Shown here one piece after another: positions 19,688 to 28,778 of a DNA stretch of 32,000 nt; the stretch's first letter is position 1, and each line of letters opens with the position of its first letter. The translations under genes were made by a program, and so were the position numbers. The stretch is from Nitrosomonas europaea (GTDB lineage Bacteria > Pseudomonadota > Gammaproteobacteria > Burkholderiales > Nitrosomonadaceae). Location of the stretch: NCBI RefSeq assembly GCF_900167395.1, contig NZ_FUWK01000009.1, forward strand, positions 39,666 through 71,665, read 5' to 3'. The notes beneath the pieces were generated by a model that was not told where the DNA came from, did not search any database, and worked only from the letters and a program-made list of their open reading frames with translations.

Positions 19688-21070
19688 TTATTTTCCGATG
19701 CAGAAACTGGAAAAAATCTCGCCCAGCAGATCATCGCTGGTAAATTCACCGGTGATGGAGGATAGGGCTTGTTGCGCGAGGCGTAATTCTTCGGCCAGTA
19801 TTTCCAGCTGATCTGCACGATGCAGCCAGGCGGCTGCTCTTTCCAGCAGTTCTTTTGCCTGTATCAATGCTTGCAGATGGCGCTGGCGAGCCATGTAGGC
19901 GCCTTCTCCGGCAATGTTGGCCTGCCAGCCGGCAGTTTTGAGCAGTGCAGCCCGTAGCAGTTCTATTCCTTCCCCATTTATGGCTGAAAGGTAAATGGTT
20001 GGCCCGGATGTGTTTTCTTCCAGGCGAGGAGGCTGAGCTGACAGATCGATTTTGTTGTGGACGGTCAGTACCGGCAACCGTTCCGGCAGGCGCGTCAGCA
20101 CTGAGCGATCTTCTTCTGTTACACCGTGGCGGCTGTCCACCAGTAACAATACCAGATCAGCCTGTTCGATTGCGGCGTAGGTGCGGGCAATTCCGTGTTG
20201 CTCAACAATGTCGCTGGTTTCTCTCAGCCCTGCGGTATCAATCAGATGCAGTGGAATTCCTTCGATTTCGATCGATTGCCGGACAGTGTCTCTTGTCGTA
20301 CCAGGAATATCAGTGACAATGGCAACCTCGTCTCCGGCAAGACGGTTGAGCAGGCTGGATTTGCCTACGTTGGGCTGACCAGCCAGTACGACTTTGATAC
20401 CTTCCTGCAGCAGATTGCCCTGGCGAGATGCAACCAGTACCTGTTCCAGTTTGGCTCGGATCGTCGCCAGTTGTTCTGCGGCATGGGCTGACTGGAGAAA
20501 GTCGATTTCTTCTTCCGGAAAATCGAGTGTTGCTTCGACCAGTACACGCAGATCGATTAGTGCACTGACGAGCTGGTGAATCGTTGATGAGAATTCTCCG
20601 TGCAACGAGCGTACTGCACAGCGCGCGGCATTGGCAGTGCTGGCTGCGATCAGATCTGCGACGCCTTCGGCCTGTGCGAGATCGAGTTTATCGTTGAGGA
20701 AGGCCCGTAGTGTAAATTCACCCGGTTCCGCCAGGCGGGCACCCAGTTGAAGGCAGCGATCCAGTAGCAGATTCATGACGGCGGGGCCGCCATGCCCTTG
20801 CAGTTCCAGCACCTCTTCGCCGGTGTAGGAATGGGGAGAAGGAAAGTAAAGTGCGATTCCCTGATCGATGATCTGACTATTCTGATCAAGGAAGCTGAAT
20901 AACCCGGCATGACGCGGATCAGGAAGCTTGCCCAGGATTCCCCGGGCAAGCGATTCCAGATTTGTTCCGGAAATCCGGACTATACCTATGCCGCCACGAC
21001 CGGGGGGCGTGGCAATTGCTGCGATGGTGTCATTACTTGTCACCAGAGAGGGCAGGGCTTTTTGATCCAA
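19688..21070 (-). CDS. mnmE: tRNA uridine-5-carboxymethylaminomethyl(34) synthesis GTPase MnmE (TrmE/ThdF)
   Basis: 460 aa. N-terminus [23 protein letters not shown] domain with [17 protein letters not shown] and DTAG. Canonical C-terminal CIGK. Confidence 0.93.
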   Translation of the reverse strand: MDQKALPSLVTSNDTIAAIATPPGRGGIGIVRISGTNLESLARGILGKLPDPRHAGLFSFLDQNSQIIDQGIALYFPSPHSYTGEEVLELQGHGGPAVMNLLLDRCLQLGARLAEPGEFTLRAFLNDKLDLAQAEGVADLIAASTANAARCAVRSLHGEFSSTIHQLVSALIDLRVLVEATLDFPEEEIDFLQSAHAAEQLATIRAKLEQVLVASRQGNLLQEGIKVVLAGQPNVGKSSLLNRLAGDEVAIVTDIPGTTRDTVRQSIEIEGIPLHLIDTAGLRETSDIVEQHGIARTYAAIEQADLVLLLVDSRHGVTEEDRSVLTRLPERLPVLTVHNKIDLSAQPPRLEENTSGPTIYLSAINGEGIELLRAALLKTAGWQANIAGEGAYMARQRHLQALIQAKELLERAAAWLHRADQLEILAEELRLAQQALSSITGEFTSDDLLGEIFSSFCIGK

Positions 21071-21101
21071 AAGGACAAAGAGCGATTAAAGCGATAAATA
21101 T

Positions 21102-22946
21102 CTATTTCTTTCTCGTTCTTTTGTACATTTTCCTTGGATTATTGGCAGGAGTTTGAGGCTGTTTAGGGCTATCAGCCGGACTGTTGGCAGTTGTTTCAGG
21201 ATTTTCTGAACTATTTACCTGTTTACTGACGGGTGGTTCAGGCGTGTCCTTGCTGGGGGCAGTCCCGTACATTTTTGTAATCTTCCATTGCTGTGCAATC
21301 GACAGAATATTGTTGACCAGCGAATACAGAACCAGGCCGGCCGGGAAGAAGAAGAAAATGGCGCTGAAGGCAACAGGCATAATTTGCATTATTTTTGCCT
21401 GGAGCGGATCTGTCGGCGTCGGGTTAAGCTTGGTCTGCACAAACATGGAAATACCCATCAGCAGCGGCAGCATGTAGAAGGGATCTGGAGAGGATAAGTC
21501 ATCGATCCAGAGCGCCAAAGGAGCATAACGCAGCTCTACTGCTGCAAGAATAGTCCAGTACAGAGCGATGAAAACCGGAATTTGCACCAATATAGGAAAA
21601 CATCCTCCCATCGGGTTGATTTTTTCCTCTTTGTAGAATTCCATCATGGCCTGGTGCATACGCTGCCGATCACCTTTATATTGATCCTGAATACGCTTCA
21701 GTTTGGGTGTTACCAGGCGCAACTTGGCCATGGATCGATAGCCGGCTGCAGATAGCGGGAAGAACAGAAGTTTGACGGTCATTGTCAACAGGATGATTGC
21801 CACCCCCCAATTGTCCGTCCATGAATGATAGAACGATAGCAGGCGGAATAACGGTTTGGCGATCACTGTCAGCCAGCCGTAATCAACTGTGAGATCCAGA
21901 CCGGGAGCCAGTCCTTCCAGATTATCCTGCTCTTCGGGGCCCGCGTAAAATGGCATGGTGGTGGCTGCAATTTCACCAGGCGCGATGACACCAGCGGGTA
22001 CAATCACCCCGGCACTGTAGAGATTGTCACTCTGCCGTTTGGCAAAAAATTCACGTGGTGTCTGCTGTTGTGGCAGCCAGGCAGTCAGGAAATAATGTTC
22101 CAGCATGGCAATCCAGCCATTGTTCGCATTGGCCGGATAATCTGCCTTGTTCTTGTCCAGATCGGAAAAAGGAATTTTCTGGTATTTACCTTCCTCAGTG
22201 TAAACGGCTGCCCCCAGGAATGTGGGGATCATCATGGTCTTGGCGGGTGGCGGATTACCGTCACGCAGCATCTGGAAATAGGCAAACGGGCGAACTGTGG
22301 CGTCACCTTTGTTTTCCACTTCGAAACCGACATCGATCACATAGCTGTCACGGTGGAAAGTATAGGTTTTGATGACCTGAACACCTTGGGCCTCAGGTGC
22401 CAGCAGGCGGATGACGATTTTATCCTCGCCCGAGGAGAGCTCGTAGTTGCGTATATCCGACTCTGCCCGGAAAGTTGTTTTATGGTTGGGCAGGCCTTCT
22501 CCAACCAGGCCGGATTGTGCAATATAGGTACGCGCAGCCTCGCTGTACAGCAGAGCGTAAGGTGTGTCTTTGTCTTCTGATGAAGGTTGCTGCAGCAGCT
22601 CCAGACGCCGTAAATCGCCGCCGATCGTATCGATTTCTGCAATGACCTTGTCGGTGACGACACGTATCTGTTCTCCTGATGGCAGGAGGCGTGGAGTAAC
22701 TGAGTCTCCATTACCACCGCTTGCAGGTATTCCATTTGTATCCGGGCTTGCTTGTGACGATGTCAGCTCACTGCCAGGAACAGGGAGGCTGTCGTCATTT
22801 CTGGATTGTGTCGATCCGGCTGAAGAATCAGCCTGGGTAATGGCGGGAGGATTGTTGAACTTTTCCTGCTCCTTTATCCATGCATCCCATAAAAACAGCA
22901 ATGATGTCGAAAAAATGATAAGCAGTACGATTTTTTTATTGTCCAT
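21102..22946 (-). CDS. yidC: Membrane protein insertase YidC
   Basis: 614 aa. N-terminal anchor, large periplasmic P1 domain and a C-terminal 60-kDa-IMP 5-TM core (PLFRLL...WGVAIILLT...KINPMGGCFP). Conserved position downstream of rnpA-yidD. Confidence 0.93.
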   Translation of the reverse strand: MDNKKIVLLIIFSTSLLFLWDAWIKEQEKFNNPPAITQADSSAGSTQSRNDDSLPVPGSELTSSQASPDTNGIPASGGNGDSVTPRLLPSGEQIRVVTDKVIAEIDTIGGDLRRLELLQQPSSEDKDTPYALLYSEAARTYIAQSGLVGEGLPNHKTTFRAESDIRNYELSSGEDKIVIRLLAPEAQGVQVIKTYTFHRDSYVIDVGFEVENKGDATVRPFAYFQMLRDGNPPPAKTMMIPTFLGAAVYTEEGKYQKIPFSDLDKNKADYPANANNGWIAMLEHYFLTAWLPQQQTPREFFAKRQSDNLYSAGVIVPAGVIAPGEIAATTMPFYAGPEEQDNLEGLAPGLDLTVDYGWLTVIAKPLFRLLSFYHSWTDNWGVAIILLTMTVKLLFFPLSAAGYRSMAKLRLVTPKLKRIQDQYKGDRQRMHQAMMEFYKEEKINPMGGCFPILVQIPVFIALYWTILAAVELRYAPLALWIDDLSSPDPFYMLPLLMGISMFVQTKLNPTPTDPLQAKIMQIMPVAFSAIFFFFPAGLVLYSLVNNILSIAQQWKITKMYGTAPSKDTPEPPVSKQVNSSENPETTANSPADSPKQPQTPANNPRKMYKRTRKK

Positions 22947-23038
22947 TTCTTTGGAGCTCGGAAAAGCAGAAAATTTTTAGTGCAAAATATTAAATGACTG
23001 GAATCTGATAATTGGTGGAAGTGCATTATCCACTTTTT

Positions 23039-23248
23039 CTATGGAACAGGGTCATATCCCCCCTGATTCCATGGGTGGCAGCGCAATATTCGTTTCATAC
23101 CCAGCCATAGCCCCTTGATGAGACCATGTTTCACCAGTGCTTCATGCATATAGTTCGAACAGGTTGGATAAAATCTGCAGGAAGGCGGGATCAAGAGCCC
23201 AATACTATACCGGTAGAGTTTGATGAGATCGATGATCAGCTGTTTCAT
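23039..23248 (-). CDS. yidD: Membrane protein insertion efficiency factor YidD
   Basis: 69 aa containing [10 protein letters not shown] ... RCHPW..GGYDPVP. ATGA overlap with the rnpA stop. Confidence 0.9.
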   Translation of the reverse strand: MKQLIIDLIKLYRYSIGLLIPPSCRFYPTCSNYMHEALVKHGLIKGLWLGMKRILRCHPWNQGGYDPVP

Positions 23249-23604
23249 AATTGTCTGGCCGCTTTGTTGAAAAGCATTACAGCTTCCTGATAGATGCGGG
23301 TCGAATCTAACAGTTCAACGGGATGCCGAAGCTGCATGACACAATCCAGACCCATGAGCATTTGCCGGTGTCTGCGGAATGCTTCCCTGATCAGGCGTTT
23401 GATACGATTTCTCCTGACAGCTTTCCGTTCAACCCTTTTTGCCACGATCAGACCAATACGCGCATAGTCAACATCGATGGGCTTTACATACAATCGCAGC
23501 GAGAGACTTTCGAACACGATCCGATTCCGCAGCACAGCACGAAACTCATCAGCTTTTCGCAGCTTGCACTGCCTGGGTAGCGTACAAATTTGCCTGGTTG
23601 TCAA
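23245..23604 (-). CDS. rnpA: Ribonuclease P protein component
   Basis: 119 aa, basic, with the RNR motif region ([15 protein letters not shown]). Located between rpmH and yidD. The start codon is TTG at 23604, so the exact start is uncertain. Confidence 0.85.
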   Translation of the reverse strand: MTTRQICTLPRQCKLRKADEFRAVLRNRIVFESLSLRLYVKPIDVDYARIGLIVAKRVERKAVRRNRIKRLIREAFRRHRQMLMGLDCVMQLRHPVELLDSTRIYQEAVMLFNKAARQL

Positions 23605-23643
23605 GAAATGCAGTTCGGGCAGTGGCCAGACTTATATTTATGA

Positions 23644-23778
23644 TTACACGCTAAGCTTGGCTCGTCCTTTTGCTCGGCGTGCACGAATAACTGCTCTGCC
23701 GCCGCGCGTTTTCATGCGGACGCGAAATCCATGGGTACGTTTTCTGCTGATGACGGATGGTTGGTAGGTACGTTTCAT
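23644..23778 (-). CDS. rpmH: 50S ribosomal protein L34
   Basis: Below the ORF-track size cut-off. Hand translation gives [44 protein letters not shown], 44 aa, a canonical L34. Confidence 0.95.
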   Translation of the reverse strand: MKRTYQPSVISRKRTHGFRVRMKTRGGRAVIRARRAKGRAKLSV

Positions 23779-24061
23779 TTTTAATGATGTCTGTTTGTAC
23801 TTGCGTAAGGAAACTAAGTGAAGTCAGTAAAAGTCCTGGTATCTACTTGCCTGCAGAAAATTACTAACCTGTCCCTTTTTGGGCCGAACATTATAGCCCA
23901 ATCTGAAAAGATTGCGCTATACGTGTTTTTAATTGGCCTGGTATGCAGTGTTGCGCTGCTGAACGGGTGGCTTTACACTTGGTTCTTGTATAAATGAGGT
24001 AAAGTACCGGGTCGATTTCCCGAGAAAACGGATCAGATCTTATACCCAGGGAGAGTGAATT

Positions 24062-24523
24062 GTGGCGAACCAATTGACGATAGATCAGCGATTACAGGAA
24101 AGACGGGCCGGAGCTTCTTTCGTTTGTCCTTACCAGTTGGGGATTAAACAGGGGAGGCGGGTTACTCGCAGACGTTCCGGTAAAGGTGCGGCTTATGTTG
24201 ATAAGTATGGCTGGCCTTTGGTGATCTGCTGCCTTGCCATCGTATTATTCAGCGCAACAGATGCCTTTTTGACGATCAATATATTGTCCGATGGCGGTAC
24301 GGAGCTCAATTATTTCATGGCAGTGCTGATTGAAGAAAGTACACAGAAATTCGTTCATTTCAAACTGGCGCTTACCTCTCTGGCAGCAATTATTCTGACC
24401 ATCCACCATGAAGTGCAGATTCGTGGTGGATTCCGGTGCCGGCACCTGCTCTATATGATCTCAACCGGGTATGCTGGTCTGATTGGTTATGAGCTGGTGT
24501 TGTTACAGATCATTGATGTCTGA
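24062..24523 (+). CDS. Hypothetical membrane protein with an Arg-rich N-terminal tail (DUF5658-like)
   Basis: 153 aa with a GTG start and the SD-like sequence GGAGAG 6 nt upstream. Cytoplasmic basic segment (QERRAG...GRRVTRRRSGKG) followed by 3-4 TM helices. A DAFLT....GG.ELN motif resembles DUF5658 as I recall it. The family assignment is tentative. Confidence 0.5.
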   Translation: MANQLTIDQRLQERRAGASFVCPYQLGIKQGRRVTRRRSGKGAAYVDKYGWPLVICCLAIVLFSATDAFLTINILSDGGTELNYFMAVLIEESTQKFVHFKLALTSLAAIILTIHHEVQIRGGFRCRHLLYMISTGYAGLIGYELVLLQIIDV

Positions 24524-24529
24524 TGATTT

Positions 24530-24552
24530 TCAGAGGTATCTCTGAGGTTTTT
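24530..24552 (+). terminator. Weak intrinsic-terminator-like hairpin (possible attenuator between the two small membrane-protein genes)
   Basis: tcagag-gtat-ctctga, a 6-bp stem with a 4-nt loop at 24530-24545. It is followed by ggTTTTT at 24546-24552. Confidence 0.3.
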
Positions 24553-24562
24553 CGTTGATTGA

Positions 24563-24778
24563 ATGGAACAGATTACACGTTGGTTGATGATAGCGGGTGC
24601 TGCGCTACTTGTTATTGGCGTAGTGCTGCACTTTGCGCCCTGGTTATTCAATTGGTTCGGAAAGCTGCCGGGCGATATTCGAATTGAAACCCGGCATAGC
24701 AAGATATTTATTCCCATCACGTCCATGCTTATTGTGAGCATCGTATTGAGTGTGATAATCAATCTGTTCAAAAAATGA
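24563..24778 (+). CDS. DUF2905-family small membrane protein
   Basis: 71 aa with two TM helices. Central motif GKLPGDIRIE....IFIPITS is typical of DUF2905. Confidence 0.7.
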   Translation: MEQITRWLMIAGAALLVIGVVLHFAPWLFNWFGKLPGDIRIETRHSKIFIPITSMLIVSIVLSVIINLFKK

Positions 24779-24854
24779 TCCCTGGCAGCTGCACTATCTG
24801 TCGGGTGTGTTCAGTCTTGCTGTTGCCATTTATTTATATAAGTCAGAGTCATTC

Positions 24855-25667
24855 ATGAAAATTACTTTTATTGGTGGCGGAAACATGGCTGGAGCCATGA
24901 TCGGCGGCCTGATACATCATGGAAGCACACCTTCACACATCTGTGCCGTGGAAACCGATGCGATGCGACGACAGCAACTTGCCGAGGCATGCGGTGTCAC
25001 GGTTACGGCATCGATACCTGATGGAATTCATGGCAGTGAGATTGTTATTCTTGCCGTAAAGCCGCAGCAGTTACGTGCTGTGGCCAATCAAGCTGCACAA
25101 TTTCTGCAGAATAAACTTGTAATTTCGATTGCAGCGGGAGTTCGTGCAAGTGATCTGAGCCAGTGGCTGAACCGGCATGAATTTGTCATTCGTGCCATGC
25201 CCAATACACCCGCTTTGATCGGAGAAGGTATCACCGGCTTATATGCGTTACCTTTGGTCGATAGCCGGCAGAAGGAACAGGCCACTACGATTCTGGAGGC
25301 AATCGGTACAGTAATCTGGGTGAATGAAGAAGCGCAGCTGGATGCGGTGACAGCTTTATCTGGCAGTGGCCCGGCGTATGTTTTCTATTTTCTGGAGGCC
25401 ATGCAGGAGGCCGGAACACAGTTGGGACTGACAGCAGATACGGCGAAACAGCTTGCAATGCAGACATTTCTGGGCGCAACACATCTTGCCGCACAAAGTA
25501 ATGACACGCTTGCAACGCTGAGGATGAAAGTGACTTCGCAAGGTGGAACGACTGAACAAGCTTTACTCAGTATGGAACAAGCCGATATCAGAGGGGCGTT
25601 TATTCGTGCCATGCATGCTGCCTGTGATCGTTCCCGGCAAATGGGTGAAATATTCGGACGTACATAA
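24855..25667 (+). CDS. proC: Pyrroline-5-carboxylate reductase
   Basis: ATG at 24855 gives MKITFIGGGNMAGAMIGG, the NADP Rossmann motif. The C-terminal motif TSQGGTTEQAL is present. The tool ORF starts 48 nt earlier. Confidence 0.9.
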   Translation: MKITFIGGGNMAGAMIGGLIHHGSTPSHICAVETDAMRRQQLAEACGVTVTASIPDGIHGSEIVILAVKPQQLRAVANQAAQFLQNKLVISIAAGVRASDLSQWLNRHEFVIRAMPNTPALIGEGITGLYALPLVDSRQKEQATTILEAIGTVIWVNEEAQLDAVTALSGSGPAYVFYFLEAMQEAGTQLGLTADTAKQLAMQTFLGATHLAAQSNDTLATLRMKVTSQGGTTEQALLSMEQADIRGAFIRAMHAACDRSRQMGEIFGRT

Positions 25668-25724
25668 TCCGGCCTATAACCGGGTCACGACTCGGCAACA
25701 ACCCTAACTTTCAATGGAAAAGCC

Positions 25725-26285
25725 ATGCCCAATCAAATAATGATATTTTTGCTGGATACCTTACTCAGCTTGTTTTCACTGGCCCTGTTATTGAGATTTT
25801 ATGTGCAGTGGTCTCGTGTACCTTACTATCATCCGTTTACGAGATTTCTGGTAGCGGTAACGGATTTTATCGTCAGGCCAGCAGGCCGGGTGATACCCAG
25901 TTGGCGGGGTCTTGATCTATCTACTTTTGTACTGGCCTGGCTTGCCCAATTTATTATTCTGGTGGGCGTCAATCTGCTGGGAGGTTTCGGTGCGGGAAGC
26001 AGCATGTTCGCATTTGCTTTGCTGGCATTGGTGAAACTTGCCAGCATGACACTTAACATCCTGTTAATTTCAATTATTGTACAGGCTGTATTGTCGTGGA
26101 TTAATCCACATACTCCACTTGCACCCGTGTTGGAAAGTTTTACCGGGCCTGTTTTGGGGCCGATACGCCGGTATATTCCTCCCATAGCCAACTTTGATCT
26201 TTCTCCGATATTTGCCTTTATTCTGTTGCAGGTACTTATGATGGTCGTGGAGAATTTGCAGCGCCAGATCATACAGATGTTTTAA
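25725..26285 (+). CDS. yggT: YggT-family integral membrane protein
   Basis: 186 aa with two YGGT repeats (LLRFYVQW..., IIVQAVLSWINP). Conserved proC-yggT-yggU synteny. Confidence 0.85.
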   Translation: MPNQIMIFLLDTLLSLFSLALLLRFYVQWSRVPYYHPFTRFLVAVTDFIVRPAGRVIPSWRGLDLSTFVLAWLAQFIILVGVNLLGGFGAGSSMFAFALLALVKLASMTLNILLISIIVQAVLSWINPHTPLAPVLESFTGPVLGPIRRYIPPIANFDLSPIFAFILLQVLMMVVENLQRQIIQMF

Positions 26286-26587
26286 TGAGCTGGTATAGCT
26301 TTGGCAACGATCGCAGTCTCTTGATATTGAAACTTTACGTTCAGCCAGGTGCCAGACAAACTGAAGCAGTTGGCATTTGCGGAGAAGAGCTGAAAATAAA
26401 ACTGGCAGCTCTTCCTGTGGACGGAAAAGCGAATCGTGCGCTGACGGAATTTCTGGCGAAACGCTTTAATGTTCCCCGGAAGAACATCACGCTGAAGCGC
26501 GGCGAACAATCCCGGCATAAAGTTGTTGAAGTCTGTCAGTCATCCAATGGACCCGAGGTGTTATTCAGTGAAATGAGAGCTGAATAA
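26285..26587 (+). CDS. yggU: DUF167 (YggU-like) protein
   Basis: 100 aa. LKLYVQPGARQTE...LKIKLAALPVDGKANRAL..FLAK is the typical DUF167 signature. TAATG overlap with yggT. Confidence 0.85.
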   Translation: MSWYSFGNDRSLLILKLYVQPGARQTEAVGICGEELKIKLAALPVDGKANRALTEFLAKRFNVPRKNITLKRGEQSRHKVVEVCQSSNGPEVLFSEMRAE

Positions 26588-26701
26588 CCGGCCGTTTGAT
26601 GATACTGCCGGGTAAGATTTGATGTTTTCGAATTTGCGTCGATGGTACTCCGGGTTTACTGAATTTGTTTTTCAGAATGTAGAACAGGAGGTTGTTTATT
26701 C

Positions 26702-27784
26702 ATGTCAGATAAAAATATACAGGACCGTGCCGCAGGGGCCATTATGGGAGCATTCATCGGGGATGCTTTAGGGTTGGGCCCGCATTGGTACTATGATCTT
26801 TCCGAGCTTCGTCGAGATTATGATGACTGGATTACCGGTTACACCGACCCCAAGCCAGATCGATATCATGCTGGATTGAAAGCAGGGCAGTTATCGCAGT
26901 CTGGTTTCATTTTGAAGTTGATGGTTCGTTCACTGGTTGGATGTGGCGGTTACGATACTGAAGATTTCTGCCATCGTATGGATGAAGAGCTGTTTCCGTT
27001 ACTGGATGGTACGCCGGTCAATGGTCCTGGTGGCTATACCAGCCAGTCGATTCGTGAAACGTGGCGGCGGCGTGTGCAGCAGATGTTGCCTTGGGGGCAG
27101 ACGGGTGGCCATGCGGATACGACCGAGGCAGTGGAGCGTACACTTGCAATTGCTGTTCGTTATGCATACCAGCCGGAGCAGCTTGCTGCGGCGGTTTCAG
27201 CTAATACAACGCTTACTCAGACAGATGAAACAATCGTTTCGATGACCGTTGCATATGGTGCGGTGCTGGGTTTGCTGATTCAGGGGCATGCGCTTGATAC
27301 CGGTTTATCGGGAAAACTCATGGATCTTGTGAAAAGTGGTGCACTGCCATTCCATGCTGTGACTGGCGATGATCTGCAACCTCCGCGCCCTGGTGATCCG
27401 GATCCACCGCGTGCGGGCCGTTTTGCTTCCCCGGATGCGTTGCTCACACCTTCTTATATGGCTGCGGCAGCTGTAGATCCTGAAATTCGTATTGAGCCGG
27501 CATGGAAAGTATCCATTGTGTATGGTATGCCATGTGCGATTTATCATCAGTTGCCGGCTGCCTATTATCTGGCAGCAAGGTTTCGTGACGATTTCAAATC
27601 AGCCGTCCTCCATGCGGTCAATGGCGGGGGGCAGAACCAGGCGCGTGCCATGCTGACTGGGGCGCTCGCGGGCGCACAAACCGGCTTGTCCGGGATTCCG
27701 CAGTATTTGCTTGACGGACTCGACAACTCGGCGGTGCTGGGCAAGCTGGCTGTGGAACTTGCTGCCAGTGTGAATCCGATCTGA
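26702..27784 (+). CDS. ADP-ribosylglycohydrolase-family protein (DraG/ARH-like)
   Basis: 360 aa. N-terminal DRAAGAIMGAFIGDALG motif and a C-terminal GG.NQARAMLTGALAGA block, typical of PF03747. Strong SD (AGGAGG) upstream. Confidence 0.8.
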   Translation: MSDKNIQDRAAGAIMGAFIGDALGLGPHWYYDLSELRRDYDDWITGYTDPKPDRYHAGLKAGQLSQSGFILKLMVRSLVGCGGYDTEDFCHRMDEELFPLLDGTPVNGPGGYTSQSIRETWRRRVQQMLPWGQTGGHADTTEAVERTLAIAVRYAYQPEQLAAAVSANTTLTQTDETIVSMTVAYGAVLGLLIQGHALDTGLSGKLMDLVKSGALPFHAVTGDDLQPPRPGDPDPPRAGRFASPDALLTPSYMAAAAVDPEIRIEPAWKVSIVYGMPCAIYHQLPAAYYLAARFRDDFKSAVLHAVNGGGQNQARAMLTGALAGAQTGLSGIPQYLLDGLDNSAVLGKLAVELAASVNPI

Positions 27785-27863
27785 GGTTGCATCCGGAATG
27801 ATCATCGGAATCCCTGATTGACCGGATGCTTCCTTCTGATCATCTCTGTTGAAGGGGGGAAGT

Positions 27864-28778
27864 ATGGAATTCGGTATGGTGGGTTTAGGGCGCATGGGGG
27901 GCAATATGGCACGCCGTCTTGCCCGACAGAGCAGAAAAATTGCAGTGATGAACCGTAGTTTTGATGTAGCCGAGGCATTGGTGAAGGAAACGGGGCACAT
28001 CGCGTGCAGGGATTACACCGAGCTGGTTGCTGTACTTGAGAAACCACGGATTATATGGCTGATGCTGCCAGCGGGTGACGTGACTGAAACGGCGCTTTCC
28101 ACACTATTACCATTATTGTCCCCAGGTGATCTGATCGTGGATGGTGCAAATGCCCATTATCAGGATGATGCGCCACGTGCGGCACGCTGTGCAGAACGGG
28201 GTATCGAATTTGTCGATGCCGGGGTTTCCGGAGGGATATGGGGATTGGAAAATGGTTACTGCATCATGTTTGGTGGATCAGATACAGCAGCTGCGCGACT
28301 GAAGCCTTATCTGGAAGTATTGGCACCGACCCCAACGACTGGCTGGTTGCATACTGGGCCGGTTGGCTCAGGGCATTATGTGAAAATGATCCATAACGGG
28401 ATCGAGTACGGCATGATGCAGGCCTTTGCCGAGGGATTTGCGCTGATGAAAGACAAATCCGGGTTCAATCTCGATCTTGCCGAGATTGCCGAGTTATGGC
28501 GGCATGGTAGTGTGGTGCGCTCGTGGTTACTCGATTTGTCTGCCGATTTTCTGGCTGAAGATCAGATGTTTGATGATATTGCTCCTTTTGTGGCGGATTC
28601 GGGTGAAGGTCGCTGGACGGCACTTGCTTCTATTGAGCAGGGTATTCCTGCCCCGGTAATCATGCTTTCACTGATGATGCGTTTTACCACACAGGGCAGA
28701 AATGATTATGCGGCTAAAATGCTTGCCAAGATGCGCCACGGTTTTGGTGGCCATGCCATCAAAAAAGGTGAGCAATGA
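27864..28778 (+). CDS. gnd: 6-phosphogluconate dehydrogenase, decarboxylating, short (~300 aa) type
   Basis: ATG at 27864 is preceded by GAAGGGGGGA. N-terminal [15 protein letters not shown] Rossmann motif. [16 protein letters not shown] motif. ATGA overlap with zwf. Confidence 0.85.
   Translation: MEFGMVGLGRMGGNMARRLARQSRKIAVMNRSFDVAEALVKETGHIACRDYTELVAVLEKPRIIWLMLPAGDVTETALSTLLPLLSPGDLIVDGANAHYQDDAPRAARCAERGIEFVDAGVSGGIWGLENGYCIMFGGSDTAAARLKPYLEVLAPTPTTGWLHTGPVGSGHYVKMIHNGIEYGMMQAFAEGFALMKDKSGFNLDLAEIAELWRHGSVVRSWLLDLSADFLAEDQMFDDIAPFVADSGEGRWTALASIEQGIPAPVIMLSLMMRFTTQGRNDYAAKMLAKMRHGFGGHAIKKGEQ

Noticed and set aside
23026-23034. DnaA-box-like TTATCCACt, considered as evidence for oriC near rpmH.
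   Set aside because: It is a single 8/9 match with no box cluster, no AT-rich 13-mers and no dnaA gene nearby.
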